A DNA stretch of 64,000 bases from an uncultured Methanoregulaceae archaeon (GTDB lineage Archaea > Halobacteriota > Methanomicrobia > Methanomicrobiales > Methanospirillaceae), in NCBI GenBank assembly GCA_963701095.1, contig OY969564.1:1792001-1856000 (forward strand), read 5' to 3'. The notes under the pieces are model-generated. The model was not told the origin of the DNA. It saw only the letters and a list, made by a program, of their open reading frames with translations, and made no database searches. Made by a program: the position numbers and the translations under genes. Of the stretch, positions 10,280 through 19,564 are shown piece after piece. Each line of letters starts with the position of its first letter. Positions within the stretch are counted from its first letter, which is position 1.

Positions 10280-11089
10280 TTAAGCCTCCGTAACCGGGAC
10301 ATCCTTGCTAAAGATTGTAGTACCCGTTGGCGTATAGATTACCTTGACGTGCACTATATCACCTACTGCGAGCTGTTCCCAGCCCCCACCCAGAACTGCT
10401 ATTGCGGGATCAACACCATTCGCCATGAAGCTCGATCCACCGACATAATCATTCGGTAGAATGTACCCTCCGTTAGTGAGAGATGCATGCCCGGGAGACC
10501 CGGCCATTGTCTCTCCGCCTCCCGCGCCGAAGGGTACGGCAAAGAGAGTAACCCCCTGCTGAAGTGTGTACTGCCCGAAGTAGCTGGAATTATATTCGTA
10601 AGGATCGGTAATATCCGAAACAAAGGAGCCCATTCCAAACGGTGCAACCGAGGCAGCTATTTGTGTCGGATAAGTCCCCATGCCAGGATTAAAGTTACCT
10701 AGATTCGGGGCATTCGGTAACGATGAGTTTCCACCACTAAAGACAGTCCCATTCGCTATTGCTGCCTGAGAAGGAGAAAGGTCATAGCTTGCATCGTTTT
10801 TCATCGTAGTAGTCCACGTGGTAACAATTTTGAGCTGCGAGGTAGCAATAGGCTGGCTCACTGAGTTCACGTTTGCGAAGAACCCGCTAGCGATATAACT
10901 CCCGGAGTTCACCACCTTGACATCCATCGAAATTGTCGGGGACTTTTGCTGCCCTCCGACTAGGCCGCCTGAAAATCCACTGACGACCGCTGCGATGATG
11001 ATTGTCACGACCAGCATCAGCATAACTCCAACGACCGGTGAGACCGCATCTTCGCCCTTTTTTCTTGTCATTCGTTTAAGATAATGCAT
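10280..11089 (-). CDS. Archaeal type IV pilin (DUF1628-type), copy A
   Basis: MHYLKRMTRKKGEDA/VSPVVGVMLML; start chosen by alignment to MQYLKRM of copy A'. Confidence 0.9.
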   Translation of the reverse strand: MHYLKRMTRKKGEDAVSPVVGVMLMLVVTIIIAAVVSGFSGGLVGGQQKSPTISMDVKVVNSGSYIASGFFANVNSVSQPIATSQLKIVTTWTTTMKNDASYDLSPSQAAIANGTVFSGGNSSLPNAPNLGNFNPGMGTYPTQIAASVAPFGMGSFVSDITDPYEYNSSYFGQYTLQQGVTLFAVPFGAGGGETMAGSPGHASLTNGGYILPNDYVGGSSFMANGVDPAIAVLGGGWEQLAVGDIVHVKVIYTPTGTTIFSKDVPVTEA

Positions 11090-11183
11090 GTTTTCCCTCT
11101 TTGAAATGCCTGAATTGCAGTGGTGGATCAATTTCTCGGGATCAAAACCACCATGCAAGTTTATTCGTTGTAATTTACTATAT

Positions 11184-11204
11184 TTAACAATTATCATTTG
11201 TTAA
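11184..11204. promoter_or_regulatory. Perfect palindrome TTAACAA-N7-TTGTTAA overlapping a TATA-like element of the pilin operon
   Basis: Sequence ttaacaattatcatttgttaa; minus-strand TTAAATATAG at 11178-11187 overlaps it; a weaker TTAA-N13-TTAA lies at 11229-11249. Confidence 0.55.
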
Positions 11205-11445
11205 TCAATTATTATTAATATAAACCGGTTAACTTTGCATCATTTTTAACAGAGATATTTTTTTATAGTAATTAACATCATTAGGCTACGAATTAAGTCG
11301 TTAAAAATATGATCTGGAGCGAAGAATTTATAATATATATATAGTATTTTAATATAAGATTCGTCATTTTTCATAATGGTGATCCCCAGCTGGAATAATA
11401 AAATAGAAAGTATTGTTATTCCCCAATTTGCTAAAAATAATTTAA

Positions 11446-11895
11446 TTATGATGCGTTAGGTTCAGCGACTATTGGAGTAGTTTCCACCATGGCTGGTGCT
11501 TCCGGTGGTACATAATATTTTGCGTTCTTTTTCTTGGTGAGCCAAACCAGTTTTCCCTCGACAAACCCAAATGATTCCATAAATATGACCTGGACTGTCT
11601 TTGGAATTCCCGAAACTACCGCTGCGTTCGGGACGATCAGGAACTGTCCTTTTGGCGCCTTTCCTTTCATGGATGCGACCAGTGCCTCAAGCGCGAGCGT
11701 CGATGGATCCTCATCATAGGAAACTGCAAGTGCCACGTTCTCGGTCCTGCCCCTGACATCCCGGGAAAGAATGAATGTCATATCTCGTCTATAGGGTGAT
11801 GGAACCTCTCGGCACGACCAGCCATCCCACGCTTTGAAATGTGCGCGAATCTCCTTTTGAGCAAAGGTCTGCATGATATCCTTAGATGAACCCAT
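11446..11895 (-). CDS. Hypothetical protein
   Basis: 149-aa ORF of normal composition between AT-rich intergenic regions. Confidence 0.65.
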   Translation of the reverse strand: MGSSKDIMQTFAQKEIRAHFKAWDGWSCREVPSPYRRDMTFILSRDVRGRTENVALAVSYDEDPSTLALEALVASMKGKAPKGQFLIVPNAAVVSGIPKTVQVIFMESFGFVEGKLVWLTKKKNAKYYVPPEAPAMVETTPIVAEPNAS

Positions 11896-12169
11896 ATGTG
11901 ATCATAGTGCGTGGTTCACACTACCATATATCTTTTTTGAATATTGTTTATTTTCAAGTAAAGTAAATAAAAAAAGGTTATCTTATAAAACATATTGTTT
12001 GCGGATGGTTTATTTTCCACATATAATGTCCTACCAGAGAAATCGAACAAAGTTTATTTGTAAATTTATATCTCTAAACATTAGAAAAAATTAAAGAAAA
12101 ATGGTTAAATAACTCTGCATGCGATTAATCACTACGATTCCGTTATTACCGGGTATCTGAGGTTATCAG

Positions 12170-13819
12170 ATGAACCATTCCGTCCGTCACAACCATCAAT
12201 CTATCAGTATTTTTTTTGCCATCTGTGGCATTAGCATCCTGTTATTTTGTTTTATAGCTGGGTGCGTGGATGATTCCTCATCTTCAGCAAATATAGGAAA
12301 CCTGTCAAACGTCCCTGCAAACGATGTCATCATTCCCGTGAATTCCCCTTCGTCGATGAGCTATACCAGCAATATGCAGAAAGGGGGAGTTCTGTCAGGC
12401 TCGCTCATCTATGAAGGCCTTGTAATCAAAGACATTGACGGCAAATTTGATCCTGCACTTGCACAGAGCTGGAATGTTTCAGATGATGCAAAGACATGGA
12501 CATTCCATTTGGTCCAAGATGCAACATGGAGTGATGGTGCCTCCTTCTCCTGCGCCGACGTCAAGTTCACCAATGATTACATGAAAGCCCACAATCTCAC
12601 TATGGGATATGTTCTTTCGGATGTCCAGTCGGTAGAATGCCCGGACAATAATACGGCAGTTTTTACCCTTATTACACCTTATTCCGCCTTCCTTGACCAG
12701 ATCTCACGAACACCGGGAATTACCATTTCGCCGGAACATATCTGGCAGAACATCGCTGATCCCCAGCATTACCAGGACAGCCAGATGATCGGAACCGGCC
12801 CATTTATCTTTACCCAGGCCGTTCCAGGCTATTACCAGTTTACAACCAATGAAAACTATCATGGCAGGGTTCCGGTCATTCCTGGTGTGGTCCTCAAAAT
12901 GATCACCAATCCTGACAGCCAGGTACTGGCATTGGAAAACGGTGAGATTGATGTGGTCTCTGGAATTACACCGGCAATGGCGCAGAGCTTGTCCGGTGAT
13001 TCAAATATTTCGGTCTACTCGATAAACGACACAGGTGAATGTGAAGTTGCTTTCAACATGGCTCGATATCCCGCTAATATCTCGGCATTCCGGCATGCGA
13101 TGAGCCACGCGGTCGATCGAGACACGATTAGCTCAATATTTGGCACCGGTAGGCCGACTGAAACAACGTTCCTGTTGCCGACTCTTGCAGGGGATGCTGT
13201 TAATCCCGTTGATGTTGGTATGTACAATTATAATCTGACAGAGGCTCAGGAAATGCTTGCAGCTGCAGGTTTTGTCAAGAACTCCGATGGGATGCTGGTC
13301 GGTCCTGACGGAAATCCTATAACAATCACCATTCCTCTCGGCAGCAAAGGTGACGCTGTGAATGGCAAGGTCATCCCTGTGCTCAAGAATGACTGGGCGC
13401 AGCTGGGGATCAGCGTGAGCACAGTATATTATGAGGATCCAACCCAATACCGAACAGCTTCAAACGCCAACCCGGTGTTCATCGATTCCTTCCCGGTTCT
13501 CCTTCACGATGATCCGGATGCCCTAGGTAATTTTGCAGTCACGCCATTACAGGAAACAAACTACTACAACTACAATAACCCGGAATACAACAGCCTTGTG
13601 GCTCAGGTTAAAAACGCCACGAACCAGACTGCAATTCTAGAGATGGTATATAAAGAGCAGGATCTCCTCGCCCAAGATGTGCCGACGGTACCGGTTGCAA
13701 GTACCGATACCCTCGTGGCGTACCGGACAGACCGGTTCACCGGTTGGGACATCGGGCCTGGATACCACAGTATCCTGGATCCAAAAGTTTTAGAGAACTT
13801 AACACCGGTTCAGCCCTGA
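12170..13819 (+). CDS. ABC transporter substrate-binding lipoprotein, family 5 (Dpp/Opp/Nik)
   Basis: Lipobox IAGC; IYEGLV, PALAQSW.VS.D.KTWTF.L, WSDG, IGTGPF. Confidence 0.92.
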   Translation: MNHSVRHNHQSISIFFAICGISILLFCFIAGCVDDSSSSANIGNLSNVPANDVIIPVNSPSSMSYTSNMQKGGVLSGSLIYEGLVIKDIDGKFDPALAQSWNVSDDAKTWTFHLVQDATWSDGASFSCADVKFTNDYMKAHNLTMGYVLSDVQSVECPDNNTAVFTLITPYSAFLDQISRTPGITISPEHIWQNIADPQHYQDSQMIGTGPFIFTQAVPGYYQFTTNENYHGRVPVIPGVVLKMITNPDSQVLALENGEIDVVSGITPAMAQSLSGDSNISVYSINDTGECEVAFNMARYPANISAFRHAMSHAVDRDTISSIFGTGRPTETTFLLPTLAGDAVNPVDVGMYNYNLTEAQEMLAAAGFVKNSDGMLVGPDGNPITITIPLGSKGDAVNGKVIPVLKNDWAQLGISVSTVYYEDPTQYRTASNANPVFIDSFPVLLHDDPDALGNFAVTPLQETNYYNYNNPEYNSLVAQVKNATNQTAILEMVYKEQDLLAQDVPTVPVASTDTLVAYRTDRFTGWDIGPGYHSILDPKVLENLTPVQP

Positions 13820-14015
13820 TAAGCGATTGTTCCCATGAGAAAAAAGACTCCAAAAAAGGAACCATTTTTTTCTGCGAATACAGCTTGGGTTCATGACGTC
13901 CCTTGGATTGACTTATTCCCGTATGAATCGGTTTTCATTTCCGTAATCGAAAAATTCAAAGGAACATAACGATGACCGTCCTCAACCATTCACAGGGATA
14001 TGGAGGAAAACGCGT

Positions 14016-14998
14016 ATGATAAGCGGGAAATATCTTTTGCGCCGCCTCTGTTACAGCGGGGCTTCGTTTTTCGTCTGCATCACCATTACCTTTTTCCTTC
14101 TCCATCTCATGCCCGGCGACTATATCACCAACTATCTTCTCTCGCTTTCAAACACCATCCCCCAAGCAGCAGTGGATCAGTTCCGCCACCAGTTCGGTCT
14201 TGATCTTCCCATCAGTGACCAGTATATCTTCTATATTGTAAACATACTCCACGGACAATGGGGTTACTCGTATGCTTACGGCCAGCCTGTGTTCTCGATG
14301 ATTATGGAAAAACTCAGCTGGTCACTCATCATTATAGTACCGGCGACAGTTCTGGGGATCCTGATCGGCATAATTATCGGCGCATGGTCCGGGTGGAGAT
14401 CCGGGGAAAAAAGGATCTGGCAATATTCAATATCATGATTGTGATCCGGGCGATCCCAGAGTTCTGGTGGGCGATCATGGCCGTGCTCGTCTTCTCCTTT
14501 TATCTCCGATGGTTTCCCCTCGGAGGATTCAGCAGCATCAGTGTTCTTTCAACTGGTCTTTCTATCCCGGACCTGTTGTACCACGCCCTCCTCCCTGTCG
14601 CCCTAATGACGTTTTTTATTGCAACCGGGAATTACTACGTCATGCGGAATTCGATGATTTCCGTTATAGGAGAGGATTACATCACCACCGCACGTGCAAA
14701 GGGGCTCGATGAGCGGGGGATCCTCTGGCGTCATGCCCTTAAAAACGCCCTCCTTCCCATAGTGACAATCACGACGTTCCAGTGCGCTGCAATCATTATG
14801 GGAAACGTGTTTATTGAGACTGTTTTTTCCTGGCCAGGGATCGGGTTCCTGACTACTGAAGCTCTTACGAATCGAGATCTTCCTCTGCTCGAAGGCATAT
14901 TCCTCCTGGATTCGCTGATGACCATATGTGCTATGCTGCTTGCTGACATCCTCTCATCGATGATCGATCCGCGGATCAGGATGGGAAATGATGAGTAG
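14016..14998 (+). CDS. ABC transporter permease, DppB/NikB-like (frameshift in the G/A run near 14405-14412)
   Basis: LMPGD, FGLD.P..QY, EDYITTARAKGL EAA loop, ETVFSWPGIG. Confidence 0.9.
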
Positions 14999-15812
14999 GC
15001 GAGCAATATTTTGGGTGGGAATTGCAGTCCTGCTCGCATATATAGTCATAGCCCTCGCAGCCCCACTGATTGCACCTCAGGGTCCTCAGGCTATTACCGG
15101 CAAACCACTTCAGCCACCAGATAATCATCATCTGTTTGGGACAAACGAAGTGGGTCAGGACATCTTTGCCCAGCTTGTCTTTGGGGCCCGTATTACCTTG
15201 CTCTTCGGATTCTGCTCTGCGGCTCTTGCTGTCGGGATTAGCACAAGCGTTGGGATAGTTATAGGGTATTATGGCGGTATTGTCGACGAGATTGTCTGTA
15301 GAGCTATTGATGTGGTCATGCCTATTCCGATGTTTGTCCTTCTTATCGTCCTCACAACATTCTTTTCGCCGGGCATCCTTCAGGTCAGCCTGCTTATGGG
15401 GCTGATGGGCAGTGTTTATGGCATACGCATCATGCGTGCGCAGGTCCTATCGGTCGCCCGTACCGGTTTCGTGGAAGGTGCGAGGGCGATTGGCGCCTCT
15501 GATTTTCGTATCATGTCCCGGCATATCCTGCCCAACGTAATGTCGCTGGTTATGGTCAAATTTGTAAGTTCATCCCAGCAGCTCCTCCTCATGGGTGTCG
15601 GCCTAAGTTTTATTGGACTTTGGGATACAACGACCGTGGACTGGGGGACGATGATTCAGAACGCGTATTCGCAGGGTGGTATGGCATTGGGTCTTTGGTG
15701 GTGGATACTGCCTCCAGGGATTGCAGTAATCGGGATTTCCCTCGCCCTTGCAATGATCGGGTACAGTTTCGAAGAGAAGTTTAACCCCCGTGTAGAGGTG
15801 AACAGGATATGA
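14988..15812 (+). CDS. ABC transporter permease, DppC/NikC-like
   Basis: HLFGTNEVGQDI, FVEGARAIGAS, RHILPN, WWWILPPG. Confidence 0.92.
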   Translation: MMSRRAIFWVGIAVLLAYIVIALAAPLIAPQGPQAITGKPLQPPDNHHLFGTNEVGQDIFAQLVFGARITLLFGFCSAALAVGISTSVGIVIGYYGGIVDEIVCRAIDVVMPIPMFVLLIVLTTFFSPGILQVSLLMGLMGSVYGIRIMRAQVLSVARTGFVEGARAIGASDFRIMSRHILPNVMSLVMVKFVSSSQQLLLMGVGLSFIGLWDTTTVDWGTMIQNAYSQGGMALGLWWWILPPGIAVIGISLALAMIGYSFEEKFNPRVEVNRI

Positions 15813-16804
15813 ACATTCCCGATTCGCTTGAGAACGCAAACAGGAACAATCCGGAGGCAAAAGGAATGGCACTGATCCAAATCGCTGGCCTGAAAGTGGT
15901 TTTCTCCACACGTTCTGAAAAAATAAGGGCTGTGGACACGGTTGATCTTACCATTAATGAAGGTGACACATTAGGCCTTATTGGTGAATCCGGGTGTGGA
16001 AAGACGGTTATGGGTATGGCCATGATGGGTCTTCTTCCGACAAACGCTGATATCAGTGGCATCATCCGTTATGCCGGGAAGGATCTCCTTACCGCACCCG
16101 AATCTATGATGCAAAAGATGAGGGGAAGAGAGATTGCCATGATCTCCCAGAACTCCGCAAACACGCTCAACCCGGTAATGAAAGTGGGTGACCAGATCGC
16201 AGAACCACTCCTGATCCACCATCTGTATTCCGCGGACGAGGCGAAAAAGGAGGTAATACGGCTGCTTGGCGCTCTTGGATTTGAGGATCCCGTGCAGGCT
16301 GCAGGCCGTTATCCCCACGAATTTTCTGGGGGGATGCGGGAACGCGTTCTTATTGCGCTTGCCCTTATCTGCAATCCCCGGGTTATTATCGCCGATGAGC
16401 CCACATCAGGGCTGGATGCGGAAGTCAAGATCGAAATTCTTCATCTGATCAAAGAGAAGGTTACCGGGAACCGGACTTTGTTTCTTATCACCCACGATCT
16501 GGGAACAGCTTCGTTTCTCTGTACCCGGCTCGTCGTTATGTATGCAGGGGAGATCGTAGAAACAGGGCCGACAAAAGAAGTGCTTTCCCGACCATTCCAT
16601 CCCTATACCAAAGGTCTCCTTGCATCTCTTCCTTCTGCCGGCCTCAATACTATCCCAGGGACTAGTCCTTCACCTTCATCACTCCCGGCGGGCTGCAGGT
16701 TTTCTGAACGATGCATAGCGGCGATGGAGCGATGCAGGAAAGAACACCCCCCCATGAAAGAGGTTGGTGATAATCGCCAGGTACGGTGTTTCCTTTATGA
16801 TTGA
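15809..16804 (+). CDS. ABC transporter ATP-binding protein, DppD-like
   Basis: GESGCGKT, FSGGMRER, IADEPT, HPYT, C-terminal GCRF..RC...C Cys tail. Confidence 0.93.
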   Translation: MNIPDSLENANRNNPEAKGMALIQIAGLKVVFSTRSEKIRAVDTVDLTINEGDTLGLIGESGCGKTVMGMAMMGLLPTNADISGIIRYAGKDLLTAPESMMQKMRGREIAMISQNSANTLNPVMKVGDQIAEPLLIHHLYSADEAKKEVIRLLGALGFEDPVQAAGRYPHEFSGGMRERVLIALALICNPRVIIADEPTSGLDAEVKIEILHLIKEKVTGNRTLFLITHDLGTASFLCTRLVVMYAGEIVETGPTKEVLSRPFHPYTKGLLASLPSAGLNTIPGTSPSPSSLPAGCRFSERCIAAMERCRKEHPPMKEVGDNRQVRCFLYD

Positions 16805-17603
16805 ACTTGAAGAAATAACCAAAGTTTATTCAAGAGGTTTTCTTCGCCGCCAAAAAACCATCGCAGTAAATAATGTCTCAATCTCGATTAAAAGGGGTAA
16901 AACGCTGGGCCTTGTCGGGGAGAGCGGGAGCGGTAAGTCTACGCTAGGCCGGATTGCACTCCGGCTTATCGAACCTTCGAGCGGGACGGTCCGGTTCGAC
17001 GGCATTGATCTGACCCGGCTTAAGGGATCGAAACTCCGGAAACTCAGGCCACGGATGCAAATATTGTTTCAGGACCCCGATACTTCGCTTGATCCACGTA
17101 TGACCATCCGGGAGTGTATGGCAGAACCCCTAATCATAAGCAATCGAGCCGGCCCAGAAGAGATGGAAGATCGTATTCTTGGCCTGCTCGGGCAGGTCGG
17201 GCTCCAATCCGACCTGATCGACCGGTATCCGTTCGAAATATCCGGTGGCCAGAAGCAGAGAGTTGCACTTGCCAGAGTCCTTTCCCTCGACCCCGATTTT
17301 ATCGTTGCCGATGAACCCACTGCCGCTCTTGATCTCTCGGTTCAGGCGCAGGTGCTCAGTCTGATAAAGTCCATTCAGAAAAAGTCCAATCTTACGATCC
17401 TTTTCATCTCCCACGACCTCCAGGTTATCGAACAGATGAGTGATTCTATTGCAGTAATGCATCACGGGTCGATAATTGAACAGGGAACACCGCAGGACAT
17501 TCTCCATATACCGATGGAACACTATACACGGAATCTGGTGGCGGCGGCATATGGAAGTGACGCGTGGCTGGGAAAAATTAAAGATTTGCGAGCCAAATCA
17601 TAG
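16797..17603 (+). CDS. ABC transporter ATP-binding protein, DppF/NikE-like
   Basis: GESGSGKS, ISGGQKQR, VADEPT, ISHDL. Confidence 0.93.
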   Translation: MIELEEITKVYSRGFLRRQKTIAVNNVSISIKRGKTLGLVGESGSGKSTLGRIALRLIEPSSGTVRFDGIDLTRLKGSKLRKLRPRMQILFQDPDTSLDPRMTIRECMAEPLIISNRAGPEEMEDRILGLLGQVGLQSDLIDRYPFEISGGQKQRVALARVLSLDPDFIVADEPTAALDLSVQAQVLSLIKSIQKKSNLTILFISHDLQVIEQMSDSIAVMHHGSIIEQGTPQDILHIPMEHYTRNLVAAAYGSDAWLGKIKDLRAKS

Positions 17604-17638
17604 AAATTTTGCATTATTTTTATGTTATGAACAAAATT

Positions 17639-17717
17639 GGTTCTGTCAACTTTATGTGGGATGAATTATTTTCTTTTTTGGTGAAAAGTTACAATCCCCC
17701 ACCAAGTTAACAGAACA
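17639..17717. mobile_element. MITE-like element, copy 1 (~79 bp, ~14-bp terminal inverted repeats)
   Basis: Ends GGTTCTGTCAACTT ... AAGTTAACAGAACA; the interior is similar to the copy at 18712. Confidence 0.65.
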
Positions 17718-17766
17718 AAAAGACAAAGTTTAGAGGTTTTCAATTTGTGTTTTTCAAAAAATAAGG

Positions 17767-18570
17767 TTATATCCCTGCAACAGGCACAGTTACCGGCGGT
17801 GCCGGTGGTGCGGCATGATCGTACACGCGGGATAAATAGCGTGCCGAGAAGACTATAATAAGGGGATACAGCGCAAGGTGGATGACCACGCCGAGGTACG
17901 GGATCAGCGCTAAGACTGAGGTAAGAAGGAAGAAGGCGATCACAATTACCATGAGAATAACAAAGGCAAGAATGTAGGATCCTAGGCCGATTGCCCCTAC
18001 GGTATTCAGGAGAGCAAAAACGCGAATCCCCTCGCGGATACTACCTGTGCGGGCAAAGCGGATGCTGCCCGGGATAATGCAGAGAATGGTTACAATTGCA
18101 AAAACCAGTGCGACAAACACAAGGAGCACAAGGAGAAGCCTGAGACCCGGCGATGTCATGCCTCCAAGACTGGTAAAGGCCACGAAGAAGCCGCTTGCAG
18201 CACCAAGGATGATGGTGGTCGGCACTATCCAGAGGAGTTCGACAATCATCAGTTTTATTCCGTCAAGATAAATCTGCCCCCAGTGATCGAATACCGGGGC
18301 GGGTTTTGTGCCGCGGAGGACCCTGACGATATATCCTCCCGTGAAAAACGAGAGGAGAAACCCTGCAAGGATGAGTGCAATGAACTGGACCCACGGGAAG
18401 GCACTCCAGTCAATGGTTTTTCCGGCCTCCAGTTTTTCCGGATCGAACAGGAACACCATCAGAGCAAAGGGGAAGCTGCAGATGAGAAAAACTAGCCATG
18501 TTTTCCAGTTGCCGACAAGGGCGTTCCGGGAATAATCGATCGAATCCGAGATAATTTCTCTATACTCCAT
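17767..18570 (-). CDS. DUF4013-like multi-pass membrane protein
   Basis: S..Y....L...WK.W, GYIVRVLRG..PAP.FD.W...LDG.K, IRFARTGSI.EG pattern; several TM helices. Confidence 0.75.
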   Translation of the reverse strand: MEYREIISDSIDYSRNALVGNWKTWLVFLICSFPFALMVFLFDPEKLEAGKTIDWSAFPWVQFIALILAGFLLSFFTGGYIVRVLRGTKPAPVFDHWGQIYLDGIKLMIVELLWIVPTTIILGAASGFFVAFTSLGGMTSPGLRLLLVLLVFVALVFAIVTILCIIPGSIRFARTGSIREGIRVFALLNTVGAIGLGSYILAFVILMVIVIAFFLLTSVLALIPYLGVVIHLALYPLIIVFSARYLSRVYDHAAPPAPPVTVPVAGI

Positions 18571-18711
18571 GAATATCGTACGGAGGACTGTATTATAATA
18601 ATAACGAAATTTTCTTTGCATGATTCCATGACCTCCCTCCAGGAAACTGCTCAAAACCTTGCTCTGGAAAAAAGCTCAATGATGAGAAACAGGATGCTGC
18701 TCGGGGAATTT

Positions 18712-18789
18712 GGTTCTGTTAACTTTACAAAGGATGAATTATTTTTTCTTCGGTGAAAAGTTGCAATCCCCCGCCAAGTTAACAGAATC
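18712..18789. mobile_element. MITE-like element, copy 2 (~78 bp)
   Basis: Ends GGTTCTGTTAACTT ... AAGTTAACAGAATC; same orientation as copy 1, sharing ggatgaattatttt and ggtgaaaagtt.caatccccc. Confidence 0.65.
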
Positions 18790-18857
18790 CGAAAATCCTG
18801 TGATGTGAGGAGGACCGTGAATCGTCGAGCCCCACCGACCTGTCAATACCAATTACA

Positions 18858-19562
18858 TCATTCCACATTCACTTTCCTGTCGTAGATAATACTCCCGCTC
18901 GGGATATGGATGATCCTGATTTCTACAACAGAACCTGTGCCGAATCCACCCTTCTGAATCTGATCTATCACGTTAAATCCGAGAAGGTAATCCATACCCG
19001 GGTTATCATGCGGGTTGGTAATCGGATCACCATCACATGAATCACTGCTAATGGGATTATTACCGCAAAAGAGCGCAGCGGTAGTCAGGTAATAACCGGG
19101 GCTGAGAATCGCCGATTCATCGCCAAACCAAGCGCTGTTCACTGTCGGAGAATTGCTAATAAATGAACCGAATTGTTTTCCCGTATTTAAGACTAATACG
19201 CCGCTGTACTGGCTTGAGGTAAACCCTTGCCAATTAGCGTTTCCGGGTACCGCCACCTCGCCACTGAGGTTTCCGGAGAACACAGAACCACCGGTGCTCG
19301 TATAAGCCGTTACAATCTTTAAGTCCTTGGTTGGAAGAGAATCGCCACTAATTTCATGGATGGTCATGGTCGGGGTGTAGAAGCAGCCATCCTGGTCTTG
19401 CAGCGCATAGATATGGACATCAAACGCTGCGGAGGGTGCTGTATGCGGTGTCCCAACTAAACCACCTGAAAACGCAGAGACAATTGCCGCAATAATGATG
19501 GTCACGACAAGCATAAGCATGACGCCAACGACCGGCGAGACCGCATGTGTGTTCTGCCTCAT
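18858..19562 (-). CDS. Archaeal type IV pilin (DUF1628-type)
   Basis: THA/VSPVVGVMLMLVVTIIIAAIVS; C-terminal IIHIPSG.IIYD. Confidence 0.9.
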   Translation of the reverse strand: MRQNTHAVSPVVGVMLMLVVTIIIAAIVSAFSGGLVGTPHTAPSAAFDVHIYALQDQDGCFYTPTMTIHEISGDSLPTKDLKIVTAYTSTGGSVFSGNLSGEVAVPGNANWQGFTSSQYSGVLVLNTGKQFGSFISNSPTVNSAWFGDESAILSPGYYLTTAALFCGNNPISSDSCDGDPITNPHDNPGMDYLLGFNVIDQIQKGGFGTGSVVEIRIIHIPSGSIIYDRKVNVE

Positions 19563-19564
19563 TT

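Noticed and set aside
7957..11089. Diversity-generating retroelement or invertible cassette behind pilin variation
   Set aside because: No reverse transcriptase or recombinase in the window, no near-identical template/variable repeat pair, and all copies face the same way.
17639..18789. CRISPR array
   Set aside because: Only two long repeats about 1 kb apart, no regular spacers and no cas genes.
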